A stretch of 64,000 bases of DNA from Sulfurimonas sp. (lineage in GTDB: Bacteria; Campylobacterota; Campylobacteria; Campylobacterales; Sulfurimonadaceae), in assembly GCA_034005845.1 (NCBI GenBank), contig JAVETX010000002.1:2342-66341 (forward strand), in the 5' to 3' direction. The notes beneath the pieces were generated by a model. The model saw only the letters and a program-made list of their open reading frames with translations. It was not told where the DNA came from and made no database searches. Below, piece after piece: positions 1 through 9,777 of this stretch (position 1 is the first letter of the stretch; each line of letters opens with the position of its first letter). The position numbers and the translations under genes are program-made.

Positions 1-1527
1 CCAAAAAGCCAAGTCCTCCCTCTCATCTATGAAGATTTAAAAAAGAGTATAAGCACCTATGGTGAGAAGACACGTATAGAGTCAAAGTACGACTCAGGCG
101 GCTGGTTTGGAATCTTTCATGATAAGATATCTTCAGATGCCAATGAGGTGTATGAGTATTTCCATAAGGGGATGCCAAAGAAGGTGGTAGATTTTATCTT
201 TGAAGCACTCTTGCCTGATGGAGTAGAATCAAGCTATGCAGGAGAACATACCAATATTGTCAAACTTTATGATTGTTATGATACCTCTCTAGATGCATCA
301 GCAGAGGCACATCTTCATATCTGCTACAAAGAGAAGCTCTATATTACAGGTGCAGGAACTTATGATGATAGATATGTTGGTGAGAAAAAAGAGGATGCAG
401 TACTCAGAGGCTCTGCTTTTGCAATGGGCGAGACAGGTATCCTTGCAAAAGTAGAACAGGCGTGCGCAGATCTACGCAAAGCACTCGCCAAACTCCCTCT
501 TACGTATGTAGATACTCTTGTCTTGGATGTGTTTGGTTTTTCTCGTGGGGCAGCTGAAGCACGTCACTTTGTAGGTTCGATCTCTAAAGAGTTAGACCTT
601 AGTTATGAACAAAAGAAACTCACAAAGAAAAAAGAGGAGTATATTGAGTATGAACTTAGTAAGAGTGGTGAAAATCTTTACCCCTATCTTATCAAAGAGG
701 AAGGCATCCAAAAAGACACCCTCATCATCTCTAAAATCGTCTTTCGCTTTGTAGGTATTTTTGACACTGTACCTCATTATGGACTTTTTCAAAGTAATGA
801 TGTAAAAGAGCTTGATTTGAAACTACATTACAACAAAGTCTCGTCTGTCTTACATCTTATTGCACAACATGAGTACCGTGCAAACTTTGATCTTGTCTCT
901 TTAAAAAGTTCTCAAGATGCATCGCTTCCAAAGCACTTTGAAGAGAGGGAGTTCTTTGGTGCACACTCAGATATCGGAGGTGGCTACAACGATGATGTGG
1001 CAGAGACCATTAAGCTCGCAAGCTTCTCTTATAAACTCATACCATATGTAAGTGATGCAAATACCCACGATAAAGAGATAGAATATAAAGTAAACGCGTG
1101 GAATCAACAGCACCATTGGATTGAGAATCCTGTATATATTTTGATTCAGTCAAAAAAAGAGATAAATAATAAAGCGGATGGTTTTTATGTACTCAAAGAG
1201 ATTGTGCAAGAAAATGATACTAGCCAAAGTGTTCACTACAGCATCTATATGCACCGAGGTCATGTAGACACAGAATATAGTCAGATCCCTCTAGAGTATA
1301 TGCATAACTTTGCAAAACGCTATATATCTTTAAAAGAACTCCCTCCACTTAGTTATAAAAAAATTGAAGTACTTCAAAAAGAGAAAGTTCTTGCTTTAGA
1401 TAAAGAGTATCTCAAAACCATCAAAGCAAAATTCCTTCATCACTCAGCCCAAGTAAATATCGCTCACCGTGCTAACAGAGGTAAAGAAAATATCCTTTAT
1501 GGACAAAGAACGGTCCATTATGTGTAA
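1..1527 (+). CDS. DUF2235 / Tle1-like alpha/beta-hydrolase (T6SS phospholipase effector family), 5'-truncated by the window edge
   Basis: Frame 1 is open from base 1 (PKSQVLPLIY...) to TAA at 1527. Motifs TNIVKLY, YITGAGT, GFSRGAAEAR (nucleophile Ser), VGIFDTV and FFGAHSDIGGGY match DUF2235. Confidence 0.8.
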   Translation, partial: PKSQVLPLIYEDLKKSISTYGEKTRIESKYDSGGWFGIFHDKISSDANEVYEYFHKGMPKKVVDFIFEALLPDGVESSYAGEHTNIVKLYDCYDTSLDASAEAHLHICYKEKLYITGAGTYDDRYVGEKKEDAVLRGSAFAMGETGILAKVEQACADLRKALAKLPLTYVDTLVLDVFGFSRGAAEARHFVGSISKELDLSYEQKKLTKKKEEYIEYELSKSGENLYPYLIKEEGIQKDTLIISKIVFRFVGIFDTVPHYGLFQSNDVKELDLKLHYNKVSSVLHLIAQHEYRANFDLVSLKSSQDASLPKHFEEREFFGAHSDIGGGYNDDVAETIKLASFSYKLIPYVSDANTHDKEIEYKVNAWNQQHHWIENPVYILIQSKKEINNKADGFYVLKEIVQENDTSQSVHYSIYMHRGHVDTEYSQIPLEYMHNFAKRYISLKELPPLSYKKIEVLQKEKVLALDKEYLKTIKAKFLHHSAQVNIAHRANRGKENILYGQRTVHYV

Positions 1528-1542
1528 ATGCTATTTATTTAA

Positions 1543-2271
1543 CTAACTCAAAAACTTATACCCAATCCCATACACACTCTCAACAGTATTTGCAGGGAGT
1601 TTTTTTCTTAGTTTTGAGACGAGTTTTCTGATATTTGCTGCGTTGAGGGTTTCTTGCTTGTCGCTGTAGTGCGAGGAGATCTCTTCATTGGTGTAGATTT
1701 TGCCTATATTTGTTGTGAGCAGTTGCAAAAAGATGATCTCATATTTTGTGAGATAGACAGAGTTTCCATTTTGTGTGAGCGATTCTGTTTGCTTGTCAAA
1801 AACAAAAGAATCTTGGAGTGTGATCTGTGAAGATGTATTCGTTTTTTCACTCTTTTTGAGATTCTTTGAGACTTGCAAGAGAGCTTTTAAAAACTCTTGA
1901 TAATCAATAGGCTTTTTGATGTATTGTTTGACACCCAAATTAATAAGAGGTAAGAGGTGGTTTGTCTCTTCGTGTGCTGAGAGGATGATCACGGCTTGAT
2001 CTGGATTGAAAGAATAAAGCTCGGATGTAAGCTCGATACCGTTGATCTTTGGCATACGAATATCTGAGAGCACAAGGTCGTAGTACTGATTTGTTTTTTT
2101 GTGATGGCTTGTATAAGCCTCGAGTGCTTCTAGACCATTTTTGACACTTTTTACTTCGAAAAAAAAGTTCTTGAGTATCTCAGTGGTTGCTGTTCTAAAT
2201 TCATCATCATCCTCTGCAAAGAGGATAGACAAGTTTTTTGTATACGATAAAAGTTCTTTGGAATTAATCAT
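1543..2271 (-). CDS. OmpR-family response regulator (REC + winged helix)
   Basis: ILFAEDD, LVLSDIRMPKING, YIKKP; C-terminal LTKYE...ISKLRKKL...ESVYGIGYKF. Start moved from 2334 to the ATG at 2271 (MINSKELL). Confidence 0.9.
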   Translation of the reverse strand: MINSKELLSYTKNLSILFAEDDDEFRTATTEILKNFFFEVKSVKNGLEALEAYTSHHKKTNQYYDLVLSDIRMPKINGIELTSELYSFNPDQAVIILSAHEETNHLLPLINLGVKQYIKKPIDYQEFLKALLQVSKNLKKSEKTNTSSQITLQDSFVFDKQTESLTQNGNSVYLTKYEIIFLQLLTTNIGKIYTNEEISSHYSDKQETLNAANIRKLVSKLRKKLPANTVESVYGIGYKFLS

Positions 2272-2375
2272 TATGTGTTCTTTAAAAGTTGCTTTGTTGA
2301 ATCCAATTATATCTAGAATTGACTCTTGTTTCAATAAATAGTGTTACAATTATGCAATTAAATTTGAAAGAAGAA

Positions 2376-2918
2376 ATGATGAAATATTTCCTATTTTTAG
2401 CGTTAAGTATTTTCGCTTTTGCCGATGATGTAGATGGCAGAGCTCCATTGCACGATGCGGTGTATTATGAAGAGTATGAGAAGGTCTCTACGCTCATCAA
2501 AGAGGGTGTGGATGTAGATGTTATCAATGCTGCAGGACTCACCCCTTTGCACATCGCGATCAAAAAGCGTGACACCCAAGCAGCAACGCTTCTTTTGGAT
2601 GGGGGAGCTGATATCAATGCGCAAGATAATAATGAAAACACACCGCTCATCCTTGCAGTGAAGAAAAAGAGTCTTGAGCTTGTGCGATTCTTGATTCTAA
2701 GGGGTGCAAATCTTAACCTCAAAAATAGCGAGGGGATCTCCCCTTTGCATCAAGCAGCATATACAGGCAACCCAGATGTAGTTGAATATTTGTTAAATAT
2801 GGGAGCCGATTATAAAGAGAGATCTAAGCAAGGGCATACAGCTTTTGACTTTGCTGTGATGCAAAACAATCTTTCTGTGATCGATGTATTAAAACTTTAT
2901 GAAAGGAAACACCAATGA
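2376..2918 (+). CDS. Exported ankyrin-repeat protein
   Basis: Signal peptide MMKYFLFLALSIFAFA, then about 5 ankyrin repeats (GRAPLHDAV, GLTPLHIAI, NTPLILAV, GISPLHQAA, GHTAFDFAV). Confidence 0.9.
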   Translation: MMKYFLFLALSIFAFADDVDGRAPLHDAVYYEEYEKVSTLIKEGVDVDVINAAGLTPLHIAIKKRDTQAATLLLDGGADINAQDNNENTPLILAVKKKSLELVRFLILRGANLNLKNSEGISPLHQAAYTGNPDVVEYLLNMGADYKERSKQGHTAFDFAVMQNNLSVIDVLKLYERKHQ

Positions 2919-3115
2919 TCTTATGGATAAATGGCGAACAAAAAGAGTTTGAAGCAAATAGCACACTCGCGCAGATACTTGCAAAGCTTTCTCTTGAGGG
3001 AAAAGTGATGGCAGCAGCTGTGAATATGCAGATCGTAAAACAAGATATGTGGGAGACACAGATCTTAAACGATGGTGATAAGCTAGAGCTTTTAGATTTT
3101 GTTGGCGGTGGATGA
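2915..3115 (+). CDS. thiS: Sulfur carrier protein ThiS
   Basis: 66 aa; INGEQKE start, AAAVNMQIV, LNDGDKLELLDFVGGG with C-terminal diglycine. Confidence 0.9.
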   Translation: MILWINGEQKEFEANSTLAQILAKLSLEGKVMAAAVNMQIVKQDMWETQILNDGDKLELLDFVGGG

Positions 3116-3457
3116 TTCTATCGCGACAACTGCAATAGCATAATCTCCATCGTGCGTGATGGAGAGACTTGTATCTTTTATTGCAAAGGCTTGCATCACT
3201 TTTTCAGACAAGCTGATACGTGGTGCTCCTTTTGGAGTTTTTGAGATACACATATCAAAAAAAGAACACTCACTCCCAATCCCTACACCCAAAGCCTTTG
3301 AGCACGCTTCTTTGGCTGCCCAGAATCCCGAAGCAGTTTTATAGTTCTTGACGAGTTTTTGCTCCTCTTTGGAGAGAAATCTATCCAGAGCCTTCTCGCC
3401 AAAGCGTTCTATAAGACGCTCCATACGAGAGCTCTTAATAAGATCTATACCTATCAT
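3092..3457 (-). CDS. acpS: Holo-ACP synthase
   Basis: MIGIDLI, SGFWAAKEACSKALGVGIG, LSITHDGDYAIAVV. Confidence 0.95.
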   Translation of the reverse strand: MIGIDLIKSSRMERLIERFGEKALDRFLSKEEQKLVKNYKTASGFWAAKEACSKALGVGIGSECSFFDMCISKTPKGAPRISLSEKVMQAFAIKDTSLSITHDGDYAIAVVAIESSTANKI

Positions 3458-4012
3458 CTACTGGATAACGAACTCTGTAAAGTAGATTCCACGAATCTGA
3501 CCATCTGAGATCATCGCATTGAGTGTATCCATGATCTGTTGTGATACTTTTTGTTTCCCTTTTGAAGAGGATATCTCCTCAAGAGTCTTGGATGTAAGAA
3601 TACGGATCACTCTATCACGCACCACTGGAGACTTGTTGTCAAGCTCCATACTGATCTCTTTTCCATCAAGCTCAAGGGACATAGTCACTTTGAGGTAACG
3701 ACGCCCTGAATCACTTTTGAGGTTGACTGTAAAAGTATCTAGAGGATAAAGTATCCCGATACTACTCAAGCTTCGTGAATCGAGTTCATCTCCACTTGCC
3801 ACGGCTTTTCTGATATTTGTCGGAGCTCTTTGTTCTTGCTGTACGTTTTGATATTGTTGATTTGAACTATCATCACCCATCAAAAGAATCGTTAAAACAG
3901 CACCGATGAGAATAATCAAAACAAGTACGACGATGATGATAATCATCAGCATATTACTAGATTTTTTTCCCTCTTGTTGACTCTCTTCTTCGTTTTTTTC
4001 TGCATCTGCCAT
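3458..4012 (-). CDS. fliL: Flagellar basal body-associated protein FliL
   Basis: Single N-terminal TM; YPLDTFTVNL, RRYLKVTMSLEL, VRDRVIRILTSKT, IYFTEFVIQ; adjacent to acpS as in other Campylobacterota. Confidence 0.92.
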   Translation of the reverse strand: MADAEKNEEESQQEGKKSSNMLMIIIIVVLVLIILIGAVLTILLMGDDSSNQQYQNVQQEQRAPTNIRKAVASGDELDSRSLSSIGILYPLDTFTVNLKSDSGRRYLKVTMSLELDGKEISMELDNKSPVVRDRVIRILTSKTLEEISSSKGKQKVSQQIMDTLNAMISDGQIRGIYFTEFVIQ

Positions 4013-4030
4013 AAAAACTCCTTTAGTAGT

Positions 4031-4291
4031 TTAGTTTGAACACTTGATCCCAAGTGCTTTGATGAGCTCTTCAAAAACTTCTCCGGCTTCACGGTTGACA
4101 TCATCATGGTATTCTAAAACCACGACATCTTTTCCCTCAGAGATATTACACGAATAACTCTCTGGTTTGATGCTGTATTTTGCTGTTACCTTATCAATTG
4201 TAGAGCACACGAGCTCTGATTCCTCTTTTCCCTCATAAGCGATAGAGAGTTTTGCGTATTTTTCTTCACTTTTAAATTGCGCGTCGATCAT
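4031..4291 (-). CDS. Small hypothetical protein (86 aa, acidic)
   Basis: ATG ORF filling the gap between radA and fliL on the same strand, with AGGAAA upstream; no recognised motif. Confidence 0.65.
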   Translation of the reverse strand: MIDAQFKSEEKYAKLSIAYEGKEESELVCSTIDKVTAKYSIKPESYSCNISEGKDVVVLEYHDDVNREAGEVFEELIKALGIKCSN

Positions 4292-4368
4292 AAATTTCCT
4301 TTTTTTCTATCTCAAGTGTTACGATTATAGTACGATAAAGTTTTAGTTTTGCTTTGCTTCTTTGCTCT

Positions 4369-5715
4369 TTAATACCATTCGAGCAATTTTGTAACTTCAT
4401 CGACGACAAATGTTTTCATACTCGTCTTCTCTAGGGGCTTTTTCGCCAAGAGAGCTTTAGAGATATTTTGCATCTTTGCCTCTTTGAGCCTTACATCGGT
4501 CGCATACACTTCACGTACATCCCCAACTAAAGAGACCTCACCTATAAAGACCGTCTCTTTAGAGATGGCTCTATCTCGAAAGCTTGATATGATCGCAGCG
4601 AGTACAGCTAGATCGGCAGCTGTCTCTGTGATTTTAATCCCACCTGTGATATTGATAAAAACATCATAGCCTGAGAGAGGAATCTCTAGTTTTCGCTCAA
4701 GGAGTGCAAGAAGCATATTAAGACGGTTGGTATCAAAGCCAGTTGCTTGGCGCTTGGAGTTGGGTGTGTGTGATTCTGAAACAAGGGCTTGAACCTCTAA
4801 AATAATAGGGCGCGATCCCTCCATGATAACGGTAAGAGCCGAGCCCGCTTGTTCTGAGTTTCGATTGAAAAATCTTGATGATACATCCGTAGCTGAGACA
4901 AGCCCATCATGGCGCATAATAAATACGCCGATCTCACTTGTAGGTCCAAAACGGTTTTTAAACCCACGCAAGATACGAAGCTCTTGAGAAGAATCCCCCT
5001 CGAAATAAAGCACTGTATCGACCATGTGCTCTAAAACACGCGGACCAGCGATAGAACCCTCTTTGGTGATATGCCCGATAATAAAGATCGCTAAGTCTTT
5101 CTCTTTTGCGATACGCATCAGCTCAAAGGTGATCTGGCGCACTTGTGTGACAGAACCAGGTGCGGATGTGATATTTTCAGAGTAAAGTGTTTGGATAGAA
5201 TCGATGATCAAAAAATCATAACTTCGATGTTCTAGTTCCACAAGAACTTGTTCAAGACGGATCTCACTCAAAAGATAAAGGCTATCTTGATTGGAGCTCA
5301 GACGGTTGGCACGGAGTTTGATCTGTCCTGCAGATTCTTCCCCCGTGACATAGAGGACATTTTTGCCTGTTGAAGCGATGTTTGAGCCCACTTTGAGCAG
5401 AAGTGTTGATTTTCCAACCCCTGGGCTTCCCCCAATAAGGGTGAGTGAACCAGGAACGATCCCCCCACCAAGAACCATATCAAGTTCATCATCCAAAGAG
5501 CTGTAGCGATACACCTCAGTTTCGATGATATCATTGATACTGACCGCTTTTGCAGCCGCAGAGCCGTGTGCTTTGCTTTGTTTGACTACTTCTTGTTGGT
5601 GCTCGCTGAGCTCTATAAAAGAATCCCACGCCCCACAGTTGGTACATTTTCCCATCCATTTTGGAGTGGTAAGCCCACAATGTTGGCACTCAAAGAGGAT
5701 CTTTTTTTTTGCCAT
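4369..5715 (-). CDS. radA: DNA repair protein RadA/Sms
   Basis: C4 zinc finger CQHCG...CTNCG, Walker A GGSPGVGKSTLL, GFKNRFG motif, Lon-like C-terminus. Confidence 0.97.
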   Translation of the reverse strand: MAKKKILFECQHCGLTTPKWMGKCTNCGAWDSFIELSEHQQEVVKQSKAHGSAAAKAVSINDIIETEVYRYSSLDDELDMVLGGGIVPGSLTLIGGSPGVGKSTLLLKVGSNIASTGKNVLYVTGEESAGQIKLRANRLSSNQDSLYLLSEIRLEQVLVELEHRSYDFLIIDSIQTLYSENITSAPGSVTQVRQITFELMRIAKEKDLAIFIIGHITKEGSIAGPRVLEHMVDTVLYFEGDSSQELRILRGFKNRFGPTSEIGVFIMRHDGLVSATDVSSRFFNRNSEQAGSALTVIMEGSRPIILEVQALVSESHTPNSKRQATGFDTNRLNMLLALLERKLEIPLSGYDVFINITGGIKITETAADLAVLAAIISSFRDRAISKETVFIGEVSLVGDVREVYATDVRLKEAKMQNISKALLAKKPLEKTSMKTFVVDEVTKLLEWY

Positions 5716-6599
5716 TATGCACTTTCTTCTTCAACAAATATCGCGTCTAAAAGCCCATCGACAAACTCATATTTATCAAAAGGTGTAAGGTTTTCAGGCT
5801 GCTCACCCGTCCCCACATAAAGGATAGGCAACTCAAGTGCATAGGCGATACTAAAGATACTTCCCCCTTTGGCTGTTCCATCGAGTTTGGTGATGATGAT
5901 CCCATCGATCCCTATCATTTCGTTGAATGCTTTTGCTTGGGCAATCGCTGAGTTTCCTTGTGTTCCATCTAAGATAAGAATGGTTCTATGTGGCGCGCCA
6001 GCATGCGCTTTTTCACAGATACGAGCGATCTTTTTGAGCTCATTTGCAAGGTTGGTTTGGGTGTGAAGACGCCCCGCTGTATCGATGATAACATTATCAA
6101 AATTGCGCGCTTTGGCAGAGTCGATCGTATCGTACGCCACCGCAGAGCTATCATGCCCTTGTTTTGAAGAGATGATAGGGATGTCTAGTTTTTTTGCCCA
6201 AAGGGTGAGCTGTTCGATCGCTGCAGCACGAAAGGTGTCTCCTGCGCCAAGCATCACTTTTTTTCCCTCATTTTTATAGCGTTGTGCGAGTTTGGAGATA
6301 GTTGTGGTTTTTCCAGCACCATTGACCCCCACGATGAGCTCGACAAAAGGTGCAGTAAATTCAGGCTCTTTGTAGGATGTATAAGCAAGTGTCGCTAAGA
6401 GTTTTGAGCGTACGATCTCGCGTGTCACTTTCTCTTGGTAGATCTCATTGAGAATGATCTCTACAAGTTCATACTCTACATCCGCTTCTAAAAGGATCTC
6501 TTCGAGCTCCTCTTTGGTGATAGTGAGCTTTTTTTTGGGTGCGACAGTCTTAATAGCATCGACAGTCTTTTTGAGAGAATTTTTAATAAATCCAAACAT
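5715..6599 (-). CDS. ftsY: SRP receptor FtsY
   Basis: [34 protein letters not shown]. Confidence 0.97.
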   Translation of the reverse strand: MFGFIKNSLKKTVDAIKTVAPKKKLTITKEELEEILLEADVEYELVEIILNEIYQEKVTREIVRSKLLATLAYTSYKEPEFTAPFVELIVGVNGAGKTTTISKLAQRYKNEGKKVMLGAGDTFRAAAIEQLTLWAKKLDIPIISSKQGHDSSAVAYDTIDSAKARNFDNVIIDTAGRLHTQTNLANELKKIARICEKAHAGAPHRTILILDGTQGNSAIAQAKAFNEMIGIDGIIITKLDGTAKGGSIFSIAYALELPILYVGTGEQPENLTPFDKYEFVDGLLDAIFVEEESA

Positions 6600-7148
6600 C
6601 TATTTTCCTAAAGCTTGTTTGATATCGCTCTCTATAAATTCCTCTTGAACAGCTCCAAGATAGTAGTTGATGAGCTTGCCATCTTTATACATCGCAAGAA
6701 CAGGGATAGGAAATCTCTCTCCAAGATCTAAATGGGTTGCGATCGCATCCACGAGGCGACGGTTCTCTTTAGAGTTTGTGAGTGTGTAACGTGCGTTGTA
6801 TTGCTCTTTAAACTCTGCGAGCTTTTCGTTTGTGATCGTATCTTCGATCGTTACACCGATCACAATAAGATCTTCTTTGTACTTTTCTTGAAGGGATGTA
6901 AGGTGGGTTGCTCCATCTTGACAAGGGGGACACCACGTAGCAAAGATATCAAAAATGACAACTTTTCCTTCAGCTCCTTGAAGTGAAAACCCTTCTAAAC
7001 CTTTGGTCACGATATGTTGTGCGCTCGATAAATCGCTAAGAGTGTATTGGTGTTTTGTAAGAAGTTCGTTTGGATCCTCAGTATCAGAACAAGCCTGAAA
7101 TAAAACAGACAAGGAGATGAGAGTTGCAAGAAGAGATTTTTGAAACAT
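6600..7148 (-). CDS. TlpA/ResA-type thioredoxin lipoprotein
   Basis: Lipobox LFQAC; FATWCPPC thioredoxin motif. Confidence 0.88.
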   Translation of the reverse strand: MFQKSLLATLISLSVLFQACSDTEDPNELLTKHQYTLSDLSSAQHIVTKGLEGFSLQGAEGKVVIFDIFATWCPPCQDGATHLTSLQEKYKEDLIVIGVTIEDTITNEKLAEFKEQYNARYTLTNSKENRRLVDAIATHLDLGERFPIPVLAMYKDGKLINYYLGAVQEEFIESDIKQALGK

Positions 7149-7211
7149 ATAAGTACCTTTTTTGTGATTTTTTTAGTAAAATGCTTGAAATTATAACCAT
7201 AAAGATTTTAT

Positions 7212-7760
7212 ATGCCTCTTACAAAAAATAGTTTTCGACAAATATGTTTAGAAAAGATCAAAAACATGCCAAAGCATAATCTTTTGTATAAAAATGCTCT
7301 GCTTCACAAGGCGTTATTAAAAGAGATTGGGAAGGTAAAAAATGCAAAAATTCTTCTTTATCATCCTATGGGGCATGAGCCAAATATCCTCAAGCTTCTT
7401 GGGCACTTGAGGAAAAAAAATCAAATTTTTGTGCCATTTATGGAAGGTAAAAGTTTTAAGATGGTACCATTTAGATTACCGCTTGAGCAAAAAAAATTTG
7501 GTATTTTTGAAGCGGGAAACACATTACGAGATATAAAAAATATTGATATAGCTATAGTGCCTGTGATCGGCGTAGATGGAGCGTTACAAAGAATTGGTTT
7601 TGGAAAAGGGATGTATGATCGTTTCTTTGCAAAGTTAAAAAAGAAACCTTATACTCTATTTGTTCAACTAGAATTTTGTTATACAAAAGAATTGATTTGT
7701 GATTCCTATGATGTTTCGTGTGATCTACTCCTAACTCCTGGAATGCGGCTAGAAAAATAA
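7212..7760 (+). CDS. 5-formyltetrahydrofolate cyclo-ligase
   Basis: FGIFEA, IDIAIVPVIGVD, RIGFGKGMYDRF motifs. Confidence 0.92.
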   Translation: MPLTKNSFRQICLEKIKNMPKHNLLYKNALLHKALLKEIGKVKNAKILLYHPMGHEPNILKLLGHLRKKNQIFVPFMEGKSFKMVPFRLPLEQKKFGIFEAGNTLRDIKNIDIAIVPVIGVDGALQRIGFGKGMYDRFFAKLKKKPYTLFVQLEFCYTKELICDSYDVSCDLLLTPGMRLEK

Positions 7761-7770
7761 GGACAACAAG

Positions 7771-9339
7771 ATGTTAAATGAAATACTGCTAGGTGGCTCT
7801 ATAGCTACGCTTAGTGGGATTGTAGGATTTTTCATCTCTAAAAAAATTACAAATGCTAATTTTGATATATACATCGATAAAGCAAAGGCAAAAGCAAGTG
7901 CGATAGAGAGTGAAGCACAGATTCTTTTGCAAAAATCAAACCTCAAAGCGAGTGAGATCGAGCTTGAGGCGACAAAACAGTATGAAAATGCAAAAGAGAG
8001 AGCAAAAGCAGACCTTTTTGCACGTGAAGACGATGTAATACGAAAAGAGCAAAGTTTTAAACGATACAAACAAGCAGAAGAGAAACGACTGCGCGAAGAA
8101 TCGATGTATCTTAAGACGAAAAAAGTGGATTTAGAGAGAAATGAAAAGTCGCTTGACCTACTCAAGAAACGATACGAAGAGAAGATAGATGAAGCACTCC
8201 ATGCCATCGAGCATAGTGCAGGGATGACAAAAGAGGAAGCAAAAAGAGTGCTTCTAGATAAAGTGGAAGAAAAATCACGTGCAGAGATAGCCCATGTTGT
8301 GCGTCGCTATGAAAATGAAGCTAAACGTGAAGCGAAAAAAAGAGCAAACTATATCCTCGCACAAGCGACATCTCGCTTTGCAGGGGAGTTTGCTTCTGAG
8401 CGTCTCACCAACTTGATCCACCTTGACAATGATGAGCTCAAAGGGCGTATCATTGGAAAAGAGGGGCGTAATATCAAAGCACTTGAGACCCTTTTGGGTG
8501 TTGATATCATTATCGATGACACGCCAAATGCGATCTTGGTGAGTAGTTTTAACCTCTATCGCCGCGCTATTGCGACCAAGACGATAGAGCTTCTTATCGA
8601 AGATGGACGTATTCAGCCTGCTCGTATTGAAGAGATCTTTGAAAAAGTCTCTGATGAGTTTGAAAATGCGATCCTTAGCGAGGGTGAAGAGATCGTGGCT
8701 GACCTTGATATTGGTGTGATGCATCCTGAGCTGATGAAGCTGATCGGGCGCTTGCGCTACCGTGCGAGCTATGGGCAAAATGCTCTGGCACACACACTTG
8801 AAGTAGCCCATCTCGCGGGTATTATGGCGGCAGAAATGGGGGGAGATCCTATTTTAGCAAAACGCGCTGGATTGCTACATGATATCGGAAAGTCACTCAC
8901 TCATGAACACGATGGAAACCATGTCGATTTAGGCGCTGAGATCTGTAATAGATACAACGAGCACAGCGTGGTTATCAACGCGATCTACGCACATCACGGA
9001 CACGAAGAGGTCAACTCTATTGAGTGTGGCGCTGTATGTGCAGCCGATGCACTCTCAGCAGCGCGCCCAGGGGCGAGACGCGAGGTGTTAGAGAGCTTCT
9101 TAAAACGTGTCACAGCGATCGAAGAGATCGCAAGTGAGCATAATGGTGTCAAACAAGCCTATGCGATCAATGCAGGGCGCGAAGTGCGCGTGATGGTCAA
9201 TGCGACCCTTATTAATGATGATGAATCTGTCCTTTTAGCGCGTGAGATTGCAAAAGAGATAGAGGAAAAAGTGCAGTATCCAGGCGATATTAAAGTGAGC
9301 GTGATTCGAGAGAGCCGCGCTGTAGAATTTGCAAAGTAA
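7771..9339 (+). CDS. rny: Ribonuclease Y
   Basis: N-terminal TM, coiled coil, KH domain (KGRIIGKEGRNI), HD domain (GLLHDIGK, AADALSAARPGAR). Confidence 0.97.
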   Translation: MLNEILLGGSIATLSGIVGFFISKKITNANFDIYIDKAKAKASAIESEAQILLQKSNLKASEIELEATKQYENAKERAKADLFAREDDVIRKEQSFKRYKQAEEKRLREESMYLKTKKVDLERNEKSLDLLKKRYEEKIDEALHAIEHSAGMTKEEAKRVLLDKVEEKSRAEIAHVVRRYENEAKREAKKRANYILAQATSRFAGEFASERLTNLIHLDNDELKGRIIGKEGRNIKALETLLGVDIIIDDTPNAILVSSFNLYRRAIATKTIELLIEDGRIQPARIEEIFEKVSDEFENAILSEGEEIVADLDIGVMHPELMKLIGRLRYRASYGQNALAHTLEVAHLAGIMAAEMGGDPILAKRAGLLHDIGKSLTHEHDGNHVDLGAEICNRYNEHSVVINAIYAHHGHEEVNSIECGAVCAADALSAARPGARREVLESFLKRVTAIEEIASEHNGVKQAYAINAGREVRVMVNATLINDDESVLLAREIAKEIEEKVQYPGDIKVSVIRESRAVEFAK

Positions 9340-9348
9340 GGATCTTTG

Positions 9349-9777
9349 ATGCGAGTATTTTTAGCTTTGTTTCTTCTCTTTGGACTCTTTGGATGTAGCT
9401 CTAAAGATACCTCAAAGAGCACGCCTGTACGCCATATGATCAAGAGTGAAAAGCTTCATATTCTGATGCGTGAACTTGATATGGTGATCTATGAGCGTCA
9501 ACAAAGTGAGATCGATAGAGATGCGATGCGCAAACGCTATCTGCTTACTCTCTCAGAGACTCTCAAAAATCTCTCAGGTGAACTCGAGAAGCTCGTCGAT
9601 GAAAAAAGCAAAGAGGATCAGGCCGTGTATAAAAAACACGCGCTGCTTCTTAAAGCAAATGCAAATGATCTTGAAGATCTCGCACAAAAGTATCAGTTTG
9701 AACTTCTTTCGCAAAGACTTGAAGAGGTAAAGCAAAGCTGTAACTCTTGCCATCAACATTTTGGAGTCAAGCGTTAA
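9349..9777 (+). CDS. Monoheme class II (cytochrome c'-like) lipoprotein
   Basis: Lipobox GLFGC; helical body; one CxxCH (CNSCH) close to the C-terminus, as in class II cytochromes c. Confidence 0.75.
   Translation: MRVFLALFLLFGLFGCSSKDTSKSTPVRHMIKSEKLHILMRELDMVIYERQQSEIDRDAMRKRYLLTLSETLKNLSGELEKLVDEKSKEDQAVYKKHALLLKANANDLEDLAQKYQFELLSQRLEEVKQSCNSCHQHFGVKR

Noticed and set aside
2915-3115. TPP riboswitch or thiamine operon around thiS
   Set aside because: thiS overlaps the ankyrin stop codon, leaving no leader, and no thiG/thiF/thiH gene is nearby.
7149-7211. 6S RNA upstream of the 5-formyl-THF cyclo-ligase gene (a common linkage)
   Set aside because: The intergenic gap is only about 60 nt and AT-rich, too short for a 6S RNA.
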